Translations under genes and position numbers: made by a program
Notes under the pieces: model-generated
Databases searched by the model: none
Told to the model about the DNA's origin: nothing
Seen by the model: the letters and a program-made list of their open reading frames with translations, nothing else
Source: Candidatus Magasanikbacteria bacterium RIFCSPHIGHO2_02_FULL_48_18
Lineage (GTDB): Bacteria; Patescibacteriota; Patescibacteriia; Magasanikbacterales; UBA922
Direction of reading: 5' to 3'
DNA length: 64,000 nt
Assembly (NCBI GenBank): GCA_001784285.1
Contig: MFQC01000009.1
Coordinates: 8,828-72,827, forward strand
Shown here: one piece after another, positions 46,401 to 55,757 of the stretch
Numbering within the stretch: position 1 is the first letter of the stretch
Layout: each line of letters opens with the position of its first letter

Positions 46401-49115
46401 GGTGATCCACCCAGAATTATTGGCAGTATTATTTTTGTCCTGGGCAAAAAAGGCGCTCTGAGCATCGTTGTTCCAGCTCCACGCAATGCTCTCCGTGGTC
46501 GGGCCGCTTTGGGTCACGCCCGCGGGAGCGGTCGCCTCAGTAAAGGCGCTCGCTTGAGAAGAGGCAATGCCCCAGCCATTGGCATTATATGGCCGAACAT
46601 ACACGGTATATTGAGTATTGGGTTCAAGAGAACTATAGGTATACTGATTCTCGGTCGTGGTTGCAATAACCGAATCATCCATTGCGGCATATACCACATA
46701 GGAATCGGCTCCAAGGACAGCATCCCATGCCCACACAATGCCTGATGAATCCGTGGCAGAGGCCGTAAGGCCTGTTACCTGCGCAAGCGGCGTCGTTATT
46801 TGATTGGACATGACGACTTCTGAGGTATTGAGCGTCCCATCGGTATTATATGGAGAAAAACGATATTGATAGCACGTATTTGCGGCAAGATCGGAGGACA
46901 CTTGATAGGGAGAGGAAGGGTTGACCGAGGCGTTGTCATAGATCGTCGTATCAAAACCATTGCATCCGCTATCTTGTTCAAATTTTCCCCCGCTATGCGC
47001 GCCATCCACCCACGAAAGCTCAATTTGAATTGTGGATGACGTGGTATTGTTTTGCGCGGTGAGCGTGGCGGGGGGTGCACCCAAGGTAAAAAGACACGAA
47101 GCAGAGACGAGCGCTGTTTCCGTGTCATTGCCGTTTTTTGCTTTTGACGAAAAACAATACTGTGTATTGGGTGTGAGGCCGGCCACCGACGTTCCGCCCC
47201 ATGTGCTTGATGTGTTCCATACGGCAGTATTTGAGGAAAGGGTAAAATCGGCTGCAACGTATTGCGCCGTGCTACTTTCATACAGCGCGTAATTGGTGGC
47301 TTCAGGGTTGGCGCCGAGCTGACTTGTGGATGTGCTGAAAACAGATACGGTCATTGCGGTCGAACTCGCAGTCGCGACGCTCACCAAGCTCGGTGACATG
47401 GCCAGCGTATAGAGAGCGGCGGCGGTTGTGGTCGCCGTGGGAATCGCAGACTGATTTCTTGCAACGTATTCAAACGTGTACTCCGTATTTGGATAAAGAG
47501 AAATGAGAACAGGATTCCCAAGAATACTCAATTGATACCACGTCGGAGAAGAAGCATTGACAAGGTTGTCCCGGCTCAAATATTTGTCAAAAGTCGTTTC
47601 GTGAAAGGTAATGCCTGTCGTTGAAGGATTGCCGTTTGCGTCAACCGTTGCCTGAAGTCCTGGAACGACTTCGCCAAGATAGGTGGTTGTGACTGCGGCC
47701 ATCGTAAGAGGCCCAAGCGCATTGGCGAGTGTCGTTGTAGCATATGCCGTCGATGTGGCCGCTCCATCGCCGTTTACGGCATCCACTTTAAAGTAATACA
47801 CGGTATTGACAGAAAGGCCGGTAACATCTTTTGATTCGATGTCCGCATTTTCTGTAGACACGAGCGTATATGTTTGGTCGTCCAATGACCGCCAAACACG
47901 AAAATTATCTTCATTATCTGAATTATCGTTCCATGTAAGCGTCATGGCGGTTGGTGTGAGAGCGGTTCCACTCAACCCCGTTGGCTCTGCGGGAATATTG
48001 GCGCTCAAAGCGGCAAAAGATCCATTTCTTCCACTGTTTGCGCCCGCGCCCCCATTGACATCATACGAAGACCCTGTATCGGTGTAACTATCGGTATATT
48101 GCAATACCACGCATCCGCCGCCGCCGCCGCCGCCATGCGTATCGCCGCTTCCGCCGGTTGCAGTAATGGCACTTGAAAATGTAATGGTTGGAGCGCTTAT
48201 ACTAACACCCCCTCCCGCGCCTCCCCCGGCATCCCAAGAATCAGTACCGGCCTGTCCGCCGTTTCCGCCATCAGCCGAAATTGTTCCGGCGATGGTCGCA
48301 GTATTGCTTATACTGAAAACAACCAACCCGCCCCCAGCCCCGCCGGTCGTCGTGTTTCCCCCGCCGCCGCCGGATCCTAACGTTGATGGATTTGTTTCAT
48401 CGCAATATCCTGTGCCCCCGCTCGCACCGGAAAATGACGCCCCGCCCAATCCTTCGTGAGCACCGCCGCCGCCATTATCGGATGGTGCGCGGCTCACATC
48501 ATTGCGGCCGGGTCCGGACCCGTTTCCAACAGATTGACTGGCTCCGCCAGAAAATCCCTTTCCATCAACATTAATTGAACCGCCGGAATTGATTGCGAGG
48601 GTTACGGCCGAGAAAGAAACTGTATACGATGTTCCGGAAATGTTTGCCGTATGCGTTAACAGACCACCGCTTTGAATTGTTAATGTTCCGGAAATGGTTT
48701 GTTGTGTTGCGTTATCTTGCTGAAGAGTTCCATTGGCCGAAATAGTAATTGAACCCCCTGTTCCGATATCTTGCGTCAAAACGAGTGTCGCCGTATTGGT
48801 TCCCCCAATGGTGAGCGTAGAAAAATTGATGAACTTCCCTTCTGTCACGCACCCGGATGTGGTCACGGTGACATTGGCATCTATGGCCACAGCACTTGTA
48901 CTTGCCGGTTCGGTGTCTGATGACCAATTCAAGTCAGTACACCAGTCATCATCCGCGCCGCCGCCATCCCAGGTTGGTGTTGCGTTATTCCCCCCGCGTG
49001 CCAATACCAAAGAACTAAAAAAGGTGCCCTGTGTGGCACCAATCACAAAAATAATAAACCCAAAAAAGACACTCCCCATCAATGTAGCAAAAAAATTGAT
49101 CCTCCATCTTTGCAT
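43479..49115 (-). CDS. large surface protein with Gly-rich beta-helix-like region, multiple FN3 repeats and C-terminal Ig-like/carboxypeptidase-regulatory domains
   Basis: GGGAGG repeats; LTWNDNSDNE, GLSVNTVYYFKV, LTPNTQYCF, LEPNTQYTVYV; C-terminal ENPTLTNEKGEYSF. Confidence 0.85.
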   Translation of the reverse strand: MQRWRINFFATLMGSVFFGFIIFVIGATQGTFFSSLVLARGGNNATPTWDGGGADDDWCTDLNWSSDTEPASTSAVAIDANVTVTTSGCVTEGKFINFSTLTIGGTNTATLVLTQDIGTGGSITISANGTLQQDNATQQTISGTLTIQSGGLLTHTANISGTSYTVSFSAVTLAINSGGSINVDGKGFSGGASQSVGNGSGPGRNDVSRAPSDNGGGGAHEGLGGASFSGASGGTGYCDETNPSTLGSGGGGGNTTTGGAGGGLVVFSISNTATIAGTISADGGNGGQAGTDSWDAGGGAGGGVSISAPTITFSSAITATGGSGDTHGGGGGGGCVVLQYTDSYTDTGSSYDVNGGAGANSGRNGSFAALSANIPAEPTGLSGTALTPTAMTLTWNDNSDNEDNFRVWRSLDDQTYTLVSTENADIESKDVTGLSVNTVYYFKVDAVNGDGAATSTAYATTTLANALGPLTMAAVTTTYLGEVVPGLQATVDANGNPSTTGITFHETTFDKYLSRDNLVNASSPTWYQLSILGNPVLISLYPNTEYTFEYVARNQSAIPTATTTAAALYTLAMSPSLVSVATASSTAMTVSVFSTSTSQLGANPEATNYALYESSTAQYVAADFTLSSNTAVWNTSSTWGGTSVAGLTPNTQYCFSSKAKNGNDTETALVSASCLFTLGAPPATLTAQNNTTSSTIQIELSWVDGAHSGGKFEQDSGCNGFDTTIYDNASVNPSSPYQVSSDLAANTCYQYRFSPYNTDGTLNTSEVVMSNQITTPLAQVTGLTASATDSSGIVWAWDAVLGADSYVVYAAMDDSVIATTTENQYTYSSLEPNTQYTVYVRPYNANGWGIASSQASAFTEATAPAGVTQSGPTTESIAWSWNNDAQSAFFAQDKNNTANNSGWITETSWTQSGLSANTAYTIQVKAKNQDDSETAMTEATVYTLLGAPTGVSFSSVTTSSITATAEGSFPNMGSGSSLLHFSNGVRATQDVTSGASWANTNLSPNTAYVYTVYGVNGDGIQTTTATGTTYTLANVPSMQISSDSVTSTTMPFSIIPINNPSATEYALYEVSTGLWANAEGVLSGASETWQATSTWSAVGISGVDPNEEYCFQIKARNGNAVETALSSQVCDYSAVESTQVFFDARINNAVTVTDAAQAEIVLGGSLPNKTTGLLQSVTIASSVADNAPVYLNMKRVKESGFVTTSQAISINKNSTTEENNVDMNIPSGTIISCADSSWTKFQIPTLVDASIVALPAVSGYTMSAKKVVQVGAPNTTCSLTNPVKITFPGQAGYVAGYTASSGGTLTPITVVCDDENNPTNVGVGGSGECSVDSGNDLIVHTVHTTFFGVYSQTAVSSDSGSTSGASLPVGPLALPSAIAFDGLLIDGAAKTQTTNSHITLRLEGVSPDAVEVAFSLSSGFQGIGWQSYTGEDIGFDLPDMEGIYVVYAKVRTVSGVVSAVKSAQVVLEKTGPLAPPVIIAPKNGATITKLPFVVEGTGFPGATIAVSILETIYSVTVDPEGIFSLTILDQIPAGTYPISVTQTDSLGRTSTPSPWFFVYAPPAKMTPTQPINQPVGEEGEGVVLPNTQDTQSFTSTSPNLVVSEVTAKEVQDILKEVQTRESFLVIVSKQTPGFYKQQISSIDVASGDSFDILIRPSEPVHSITARLYPKSAETQESLSARERLFHALAGFFGASVHAAQIVQNEESAQNGWLKAYTFASVSEGNIYRTTVDIPEGAVGEYTLVMTINETDGGRTKVSKKVQSISNGTITDQKGRALFHARVELFQWQEDGAYALWPGELYGQENPTLTNEKGEYSFHVPAGRYYIAAEKSGYAPYHGGIMILDESTIIHAPVSLERKSFDFWTKIFEFFRSFFGRGA

Positions 49116-49143
49116 ACAATACGAAGAAAAAGAATATTCAATA

Positions 49144-50505
49144 CTATAGCATATTTTTTTGCTTTTGTCCAACACAATAAACACATAAAAGCATACTATT
49201 GAGCAGAAGCCCGCTATATTGTGTAAACATATAATGATCCAACGAGAGCACTATGAGATAAGGGATTAATATCCAACCCAAAAAAGAACGCGGCTGATTC
49301 TGGTAATAAAAAGAGAAGAGAAAAAATATCCCTGAAAGGGCCAATAAAGATACCCCCGCAAAACCAAACTCCGCCAAGAGCAAGAGAAAAACGTTGTGGA
49401 CAGGCTGATATTGCCAAATCGGCAAGAGAACACCAATACCCATGAGACTGGACGTGTAATTGCCGCCCCCAACCCCAATCCATGGATGCATTTTGACGAG
49501 GCTCATTGCTTGAGATATTTGGACAATACGGTCGGAAACCGCGTATGATTCATGACGGGAGGAAACAGAAAAACGCGTGCGGAGAATAGGAAAAAATGCA
49601 ACACCAAAAATCAATACGATGAAAACAACACCTGCCAAACCACACAATGACATTCGTGGCGGTGGCCGTTTCGTGTCCGCATTTCTGGAAAAAAGAAAAA
49701 AAGAGAAAAGAAAAGATACCGCCGCCAGCCACGCCGTGCGGCTAAAGGTAAAAAACAATGCCACGCCCTGAAGGAAAAGAAGAGACCAATACGCTTTTCT
49801 ATATTGCTGAGCCCGCTCGCCCAAAGACAAAAGTACCACTGTCATAAGCATGGCCACGACCAAATAGCCACCAAACATATTTGGATGAGAAAACGGACCA
49901 TGCGCCCGAAGCACTCGTCCGAGAGACTCGCTCGCGACAATCGATGTTCCCGCCTGGTCCAGGGCATGAAATGACAGCCCCAAGAGCGTAGAAGAAAACG
50001 TTGACTGCGCCGTAAATTGCCATATTCCTAAAAGCGCAGGGATGCCACTGCCGAGTGCAAACCATCGGGCAATATATGAAAACGAACAAGGACCGGCCCA
50101 CAACACGAAAAAAAATAAGAACGCTTCGACAATACGTATCCCTTGCTGAAACGCCAATGCCGAATCGAGCGCCCGCAATGAAGACATCAGCGCATAGAGC
50201 CAAAAAGAAAAAAACAACGCGACACATATCCGGTCAGGCGTCCAGGAAAATTGAAACCTTCCTTGGATTTTGGATTGCCGGATTTTTTGAACATACCACA
50301 CGCAAAACAGAACAATAATGCCCCACAGGAGAATCTCTGTCGCATACAGCCCTAAAACCCCATATTGGAACTTCATGCCGCCAATAATAGGCTCTCGATA
50401 CATCCAGATTGTTTGCCATGGAAAGAGAAAAAGAAAAAGAGCAATACCGAATTGCATCGCGGAAACCAAAGAAACATGTTTGATGGTGCGCATAAGTGAC
50501 ATCAT
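49144..50505 (-). CDS. O-antigen ligase (WaaL/Wzy_C) family membrane protein
   Basis: RAHGPFSHPN, TFSRTAW, HPWIGVGGGNY, PVHNVFLL. Confidence 0.85.
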   Translation of the reverse strand: MMSLMRTIKHVSLVSAMQFGIALFLFLFPWQTIWMYREPIIGGMKFQYGVLGLYATEILLWGIIVLFCVWYVQKIRQSKIQGRFQFSWTPDRICVALFFSFWLYALMSSLRALDSALAFQQGIRIVEAFLFFFVLWAGPCSFSYIARWFALGSGIPALLGIWQFTAQSTFSSTLLGLSFHALDQAGTSIVASESLGRVLRAHGPFSHPNMFGGYLVVAMLMTVVLLSLGERAQQYRKAYWSLLFLQGVALFFTFSRTAWLAAVSFLFSFFLFSRNADTKRPPPRMSLCGLAGVVFIVLIFGVAFFPILRTRFSVSSRHESYAVSDRIVQISQAMSLVKMHPWIGVGGGNYTSSLMGIGVLLPIWQYQPVHNVFLLLLAEFGFAGVSLLALSGIFFLFSFYYQNQPRSFLGWILIPYLIVLSLDHYMFTQYSGLLLNSMLLCVYCVGQKQKNML

Positions 50506-51506
50506 TCCTCTGTTGTATCGTTTTGTTTTTGCAGTTTTGCCATAAAAAATCCTTCTATTTCTTTCGCGGGTTCTACGCGAAAACATTGTTGTATATCCGG
50601 GTGAAGCGATTTTTCTTTCCAGATTGTTGTTACCGGACCGCGCTTCAATCCGTGCCCTGACAATGAAATATCAAGCAAAGATGCGTCTTTTTTATGTCGT
50701 TCCAATAATCTGGAAATTTGGCATTCGTTTTCTTCCGGGGCAAATGTGCACGTGGAATATACCAGGGTGCCACCGGGTTTGAGCGCGCTCCACGCGGCAA
50801 AAAGCAGTTGCCGCTGTTTATATGCCATCTCTTTTATTTTCCGTTCTTTCCAAAAGCCATACGTTTTTGGATCGGCGGCAATAAACCGGGCCTCGGCGCT
50901 ACAAGGAGCATCGAGCAATATCTTATCAAAATAAGCCGGATATTCCTGGCAGAGTTTGGTTCCGTGCTCTAGACGAAGTTCCACGCGCCAACCAGGCGCC
51001 TCACGCAGTACACCGAGATGCTCCAGGTTATGTTTCAATTTAAAAAATCGAGGCTTGTTGTTATCATTTGCAACGAGTTCGCCCTCTTGACGCATCAACG
51101 CGGCAATCTGACTGGTTTTGCTTCCCGGGGCTGCCGTAAGATCAAGAACGCGTTCCCCGGGTTTTGGATCGAGAACGAGCGGAGGGACCATGCTGGCAAG
51201 ACTTTGCACATATATATGTCCGTCCGTGTAGAGCTCGTTCTCAACCAAGTCACGCTTACTCTTATTTTCCAATATCCAGGCATCGGGATACCATGGCACG
51301 GGCCGAAGATGAAAACCCAATCCACGCAATCCATCGGCTACATCTGATCGGGACAAACCTTTTAAAGGATTCCATCGAAACGTAGTCGGTTTTTCTATGA
51401 GTGTTGCGAGAACCCCGCCAACGCGTGAAGCGCCGAACACCGACGAAAGCCTGTTGGAAAATTCGTCCGGAAACGTCCCGGAGCGTTTTTTATTCGACCG
51501 TTTCAT
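50502..51506 (-). CDS. RsmB/RsmF (NOL1/NOP2) RNA m5C methyltransferase
   Basis: DLTAAPGSKT, ILLDAPCS, YSTCTFAPEENE. Confidence 0.92.
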   Translation of the reverse strand: MKRSNKKRSGTFPDEFSNRLSSVFGASRVGGVLATLIEKPTTFRWNPLKGLSRSDVADGLRGLGFHLRPVPWYPDAWILENKSKRDLVENELYTDGHIYVQSLASMVPPLVLDPKPGERVLDLTAAPGSKTSQIAALMRQEGELVANDNNKPRFFKLKHNLEHLGVLREAPGWRVELRLEHGTKLCQEYPAYFDKILLDAPCSAEARFIAADPKTYGFWKERKIKEMAYKQRQLLFAAWSALKPGGTLVYSTCTFAPEENECQISRLLERHKKDASLLDISLSGHGLKRGPVTTIWKEKSLHPDIQQCFRVEPAKEIEGFFMAKLQKQNDTTEE

Positions 51507-52462
51507 ACGGCTGTTTCCAATTGCTGGCACCGTTGAATCCACTCTTGTCGATAAAACGCTCTCCGGTCATTTTCATGAAATTTGAGCATGGTGTCATTGA
51601 TAACAACACGAGAATCCGGCTCATATTGCAGACTTCCATAATTGCAGTCCATTTTTTTCTTTTGTATTTTTTTTATATAATTTTCCCACATATTCCCATA
51701 GTTCCCCGAGGAGAGACGCGTGAACATATGCCGCACGACGCGGGCCACACAACAATCATCCGTTCGATATCGAGGAATGAGGGCATAGCGCGTTGGCGCA
51801 TCCGGAAGATGCGCGCGCACCCATTGATTTTTGGATTGGAGAACAGAAAAAAGATTGTATGGATCATACAAAGGAATGAGCTGATGTATCCAATACAAAA
51901 GATACACGTCCGGATCATCAAGCGCCACATCAGACAAATCCAGGTGATCATCAGTCACATAAAAACTCAAACAAATTTTATTGGCAACGTGTTTTTTGGT
52001 GCGGCGGAGTCTTAACAGATGAAGTAATCCGGTAATAAAAAAACGCGTCATCCATAATCTTCCTTTTTGAATAACAATAAAGACGTCAATGTCGCTGTCT
52101 TCCTTTACCGCGGACGACGCGACAGAATTGCATAAAAAAATGGCCTGCAAAAAAGGGACATACCGCAATGCTCGCGCCGCGCGGCGGGCGATCAGTATTT
52201 TTTTTTCAATCCAGCGGACCGCGCGTTCCCGTTCGCCGATATACGCAGGCGTATTGAAAAGCATGCAATATCCTCCAGTCTCATATATCTGTCCATCAGC
52301 AATCATCGCGTCGACGAGAGACAAAAAATAGGCATAGGAAGAAATAGCGTCATCAATACGATCCTGATAGAGCGCGCCATACAATTCCTCCCGAGTAAGG
52401 GGATAGCGAAATACATCAAAATACGCCAGGGTTTTGAGAACAGATTGCTCAAGCGTATGCAT
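51503..52462 (-). CDS. conserved hypothetical protein with a nucleotidyltransferase-like motif
   Basis: TLAYFDVFRYPLT; NSVA....EDSDIDVFIV; KICLSFY. Confidence 0.7.
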   Translation of the reverse strand: MHTLEQSVLKTLAYFDVFRYPLTREELYGALYQDRIDDAISSYAYFLSLVDAMIADGQIYETGGYCMLFNTPAYIGERERAVRWIEKKILIARRAARALRYVPFLQAIFLCNSVASSAVKEDSDIDVFIVIQKGRLWMTRFFITGLLHLLRLRRTKKHVANKICLSFYVTDDHLDLSDVALDDPDVYLLYWIHQLIPLYDPYNLFSVLQSKNQWVRAHLPDAPTRYALIPRYRTDDCCVARVVRHMFTRLSSGNYGNMWENYIKKIQKKKMDCNYGSLQYEPDSRVVINDTMLKFHENDRRAFYRQEWIQRCQQLETAV

Positions 52463-52480
52463 ATGCGTATAGTGTCCCTT

Positions 52481-52783
52481 TTATTTTTCTGTCCTCATGG
52501 TTAATGGCTCAACACTGGCGCGGATTGGCGGCGGATCTTCCACAGACAGAACAGATTCTTTTGCCACGCTGTCTGTCACAACTATCCGTTTTTCTTCAAA
52601 TCGAACCACCTGATCTCGAGAAATGAGATAGTCTTTGGTATGCAGTAAAGAGCGGACCAGATATTGCGCAATTATCTGTCCTTCCAATTCAAAAACAACA
52701 TCATAGATTTTCCCAAGCTTCTGCCCGGACTCGGTCTCCACGCTTAACTGTTTCAATTGTTTCAAATCAAGACGCATACGCAT
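52481..52783 (-). CDS. PRC-barrel domain protein
   Basis: VETESGQKLGKIYDVVFE. Confidence 0.8.
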   Translation of the reverse strand: MRMRLDLKQLKQLSVETESGQKLGKIYDVVFELEGQIIAQYLVRSLLHTKDYLISRDQVVRFEEKRIVVTDSVAKESVLSVEDPPPIRASVEPLTMRTEK

Positions 52784-52809
52784 TTCTCTTATGTTTTTTG
52801 AATAGCCTC

Positions 52810-53559
52810 TTATAGCACGAGCTGTCCCTCAATGGGGCCGCCATCTGATTTCTTTTTTTTGAACAATAGCCACTGCTGAATCGCGGTAAACAAGGTGGAG
52901 AGAAACCAATACAGTGCAAGGCCGGCCGGAAACTGCATCCCGATAATCACGGTAATGACCGGCATAAAATAGAGCATCTGTTTATTCATCATGGCCATCA
53001 AGTTTTCATCTTTTGCCCCTTCGCCGACGCCCTTAGGCGGTTTCTTCGTCGTCATCATGCGTGATTGCCAAAACTGCGCCCCTCCCGCGAGAAGCGCCAA
53101 CACGACACTCCGCTCGCTTAAATCAAAAAATCCGAGTGATACGCTATTGATGGATTCGGGCGGAGAAATAAACGAATAGAGAAAACGAAATGAGGCCGGG
53201 TCAAATCCATCTCTCAATACATAAAACATGGCAAACAATACCGGCATTTGGATAAGAATGGGAAGACACGATCCCAATGGGTTGACCTTATGCTCTTTGT
53301 ACAGTTTCATTGTTTCTTGAGCGATTTTTTGCTGGTCGCCTTTATGTTCTTTTTTGATTGACTCCAATTTTGGCTGGAGCTCGCTTAATGATTTTTGGGC
53401 GCGAATGGATTTTGCGGTCAGCGGATATAATACAATTTTGATGAGCAGTGTCACCACAATAATGACAATGCCAAGATCGGGAATAACGTGATAAAATCCG
53501 ACAAAGAGATTGTAAATCGGCTGATAAAAAAGCACTTGAAACGGCATCCACATACGCAA
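52810..53559 (-). CDS. yidC: membrane protein insertase YidC/Oxa1 (short form)
   Basis: LQPKL, LYKEHKVNPLGSCLPILIQMP, PAGLALYW. Confidence 0.93.
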   Translation of the reverse strand: MRMWMPFQVLFYQPIYNLFVGFYHVIPDLGIVIIVVTLLIKIVLYPLTAKSIRAQKSLSELQPKLESIKKEHKGDQQKIAQETMKLYKEHKVNPLGSCLPILIQMPVLFAMFYVLRDGFDPASFRFLYSFISPPESINSVSLGFFDLSERSVVLALLAGGAQFWQSRMMTTKKPPKGVGEGAKDENLMAMMNKQMLYFMPVITVIIGMQFPAGLALYWFLSTLFTAIQQWLLFKKKKSDGGPIEGQLVL

Positions 53560-53580
53560 AGAGTAACAAAGAGTAAAAAA

Positions 53581-54897
53581 CTATTCTTTGGACGCTTCTT
53601 TTTCTGTTTCTTCGGCATCCGAAGACACGCTGTTCTCTCTCGGAGATTCTGGTTCGGACTCGGACATACCATCGTCCTCCGTTTGGTCGGCCGGGTCCTC
53701 GAGTTTTTTTTCCACATCGTTGACGTCGTCCTCGCTACTCACTGCGACGTCTGCATTGCCTTCCTGAAGCACGTTGATTTTCCAGCCCGTTAATTCGGCG
53801 GCAAGACGCACATTTTGTCCGCCGCGGCCAATGGCAAGAGAAAATTGGTCTCCGGCGACATGAACGTTTGCCTCGTTGGTATCGGCCTCAAGCTCAACGG
53901 AACTCACTTTCGCCGGAGAAAGCGCGTGTTTAATGAATTCCAATGTCTTATCGCTCCATTGGATCACATCAATTTTTTCTCCGCCCAATTCGTCAATAAT
54001 GGTGGTAATCCGACTACCGCGCTGGCCAATACATGAACCGATCGGATCAATACTTTCATCGTCCGTCCACACTGCGACCTTGGAACGATTGCCCGGGTCG
54101 CGCGCGATCGCTTTAATCTGAACTTCGCCGTTTCCAATTTCCGGAATTTCTTGGGCAAACACCACTTCGACCATGCGTTTATCGGCGCGAGAAAGAATAA
54201 TCTCCGGGCCTCGCGGACTCATCCCTACCGACACAACATAAAATTTCATTCTCATCCCCGGACGATATTGTTCTCGTTGAATTTGGCCATCATGCAATAC
54301 GATGCCGGTGATCTTCCCGAGATCAACAATCACCGCTCCGCTTCGATCGCGGCGCTGAACTATTCCCTGGATAATTTGGCCTTCCTGCGTCTTAAAATCA
54401 TCAAATACGCTGTTGCGTTCCGCTTCGCGAAGTTTTTGGATAATGACCTGTTTGGCGGTCTGCGCGGCCATTCGTCCAAAATCGCTGGGCAAGGGCTGGT
54501 CAATTTCAAGAATGTCGCCAACGGCCGCTTTCTTGTCAATGCTTTTTGCCTCGGTCACCATGATTTCGGTCTTTGGATTGAAGTGCGGAAACGCGCCGAT
54601 TTCTTCTTCGGTCAATTCCTTGCCGTCTTCTTTGACTTTGTCACGGAGGGCCGCCAATGCTTCCTGAGCCTTTTCCAATACCTCCGCGTCGATATCGGCG
54701 ACGACTTCTTTTACATCCCACACCTTCATGTCTCCTGTCTCCGGATCAAATTGAACTTTGTAATTCCCCTGGCGATTGCCAAAATCTTTTCGATACGCCG
54801 CGGCAAGAGCGCTTTCGAGCGCCTCCATGACCACCTCGTACTCAAGGCCTTTTTCTTCACAAAGGATATTTAATGCTTTGACAATGTCTGAACTCAT
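53581..54897 (-). CDS. nusA: transcription elongation factor NusA
   Basis: FGRMAAQTAKQVIIQKLREAER, ARDPGNRSKVAV, SLAIGRGGQNVRLA. Confidence 0.97.
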   Translation of the reverse strand: MSSDIVKALNILCEEKGLEYEVVMEALESALAAAYRKDFGNRQGNYKVQFDPETGDMKVWDVKEVVADIDAEVLEKAQEALAALRDKVKEDGKELTEEEIGAFPHFNPKTEIMVTEAKSIDKKAAVGDILEIDQPLPSDFGRMAAQTAKQVIIQKLREAERNSVFDDFKTQEGQIIQGIVQRRDRSGAVIVDLGKITGIVLHDGQIQREQYRPGMRMKFYVVSVGMSPRGPEIILSRADKRMVEVVFAQEIPEIGNGEVQIKAIARDPGNRSKVAVWTDDESIDPIGSCIGQRGSRITTIIDELGGEKIDVIQWSDKTLEFIKHALSPAKVSSVELEADTNEANVHVAGDQFSLAIGRGGQNVRLAAELTGWKINVLQEGNADVAVSSEDDVNDVEKKLEDPADQTEDDGMSESEPESPRENSVSSDAEETEKEASKE

Positions 54898-54971
54898 ACG
54901 ATGGCTGATAAAAAAGAAATAATCATGATGGTATAAAAAAAGCAGCTATATAAAAAGCTACTCTTACAAAG

Positions 54972-55000
54972 AGGATACCCCACATGTTTTTTCGTGTCAA
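54972..55000 (-). promoter_or_regulatory. nusA promoter
   Basis: TTGACA-17 nt-TATCCT. Confidence 0.65.
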
Positions 55001-55038
55001 GAAAAAAAATATATGACAGAAGACGCAGGGGCACACGG

Positions 55039-55413
55039 TTATGCGCGATCACGGAATCTCCCCAGCACAATATCGAGCGCCTGCAAAAGTTTTTGAAATA
55101 ATTCAGGATGCAATTCGGCCTTTTTCGCTACAATAAAACGCCGGTCAATCGGCATGATGCGCGACAACACGCATAGACCATCCTTGCCAAGGCCGGTTTC
55201 ATTCTTTTTCAACACGACTTCGGTGATTCTGGACCGGCCGTGATCTTCTGTAGGTTCTATTCCAACGCATACAATGGTACCGAGCGTTTCATTGAGCGTG
55301 GTATCCTGAAGCGCTACGTACGCACGCTCCTCACGCGGTTCTTCTTCATACAACACCACATCGCCGCGACGAATAGCGCCACAATACATATTGTCCAAAA
55401 AAGAAAAAGACAT
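55039..55413 (-). CDS. PemK/MazF-like protein
   Basis: IRRGDVV...R..V.LQ...LN..L.TIV; TGL.KD; I..ID.R. Confidence 0.7.
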   Translation of the reverse strand: MSFSFLDNMYCGAIRRGDVVLYEEEPREERAYVALQDTTLNETLGTIVCVGIEPTEDHGRSRITEVVLKKNETGLGKDGLCVLSRIMPIDRRFIVAKKAELHPELFQKLLQALDIVLGRFRDRA

Positions 55414-55419
55414 AGGTAT

Positions 55420-55608
55420 TTACGTCCGAAGTTTTTTAAGCGCCTGCTCTATTTCCGAGACTTCTTGGTTGTGCTTGTATTCCAAAATACATTTTGCGAT
55501 AAATTCACTCCGCCGTCCGTGCGGAAAGGCCTTTCGCAAATAGGTCGCGACACTTTTTGGGAGTTTGAGCGTCACGCGTTCAACGGGTTCTTTGGATACT
55601 TTTGGCAT
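55420..55608 (-). CDS. ribbon-helix-helix antitoxin-like protein
   Basis: RVTLKLP...RSEFIAKCI, directly upstream of the MazF-like gene. Confidence 0.65.
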   Translation of the reverse strand: MPKVSKEPVERVTLKLPKSVATYLRKAFPHGRRSEFIAKCILEYKHNQEVSEIEQALKKLRT

Positions 55609-55757
55609 ACAAAAAATATTATACTGTTGATTCTTTGTCTGGAATTTTGGGACCTTCCGGACGCATGGTTTTGATTATTTCAACCACAAGCTCGGGATCA
55701 TTCAAGACTGCTCCAAGCAATGGGTCTTTTCCGTCTGCAGGCACTGGGATATCAGCA

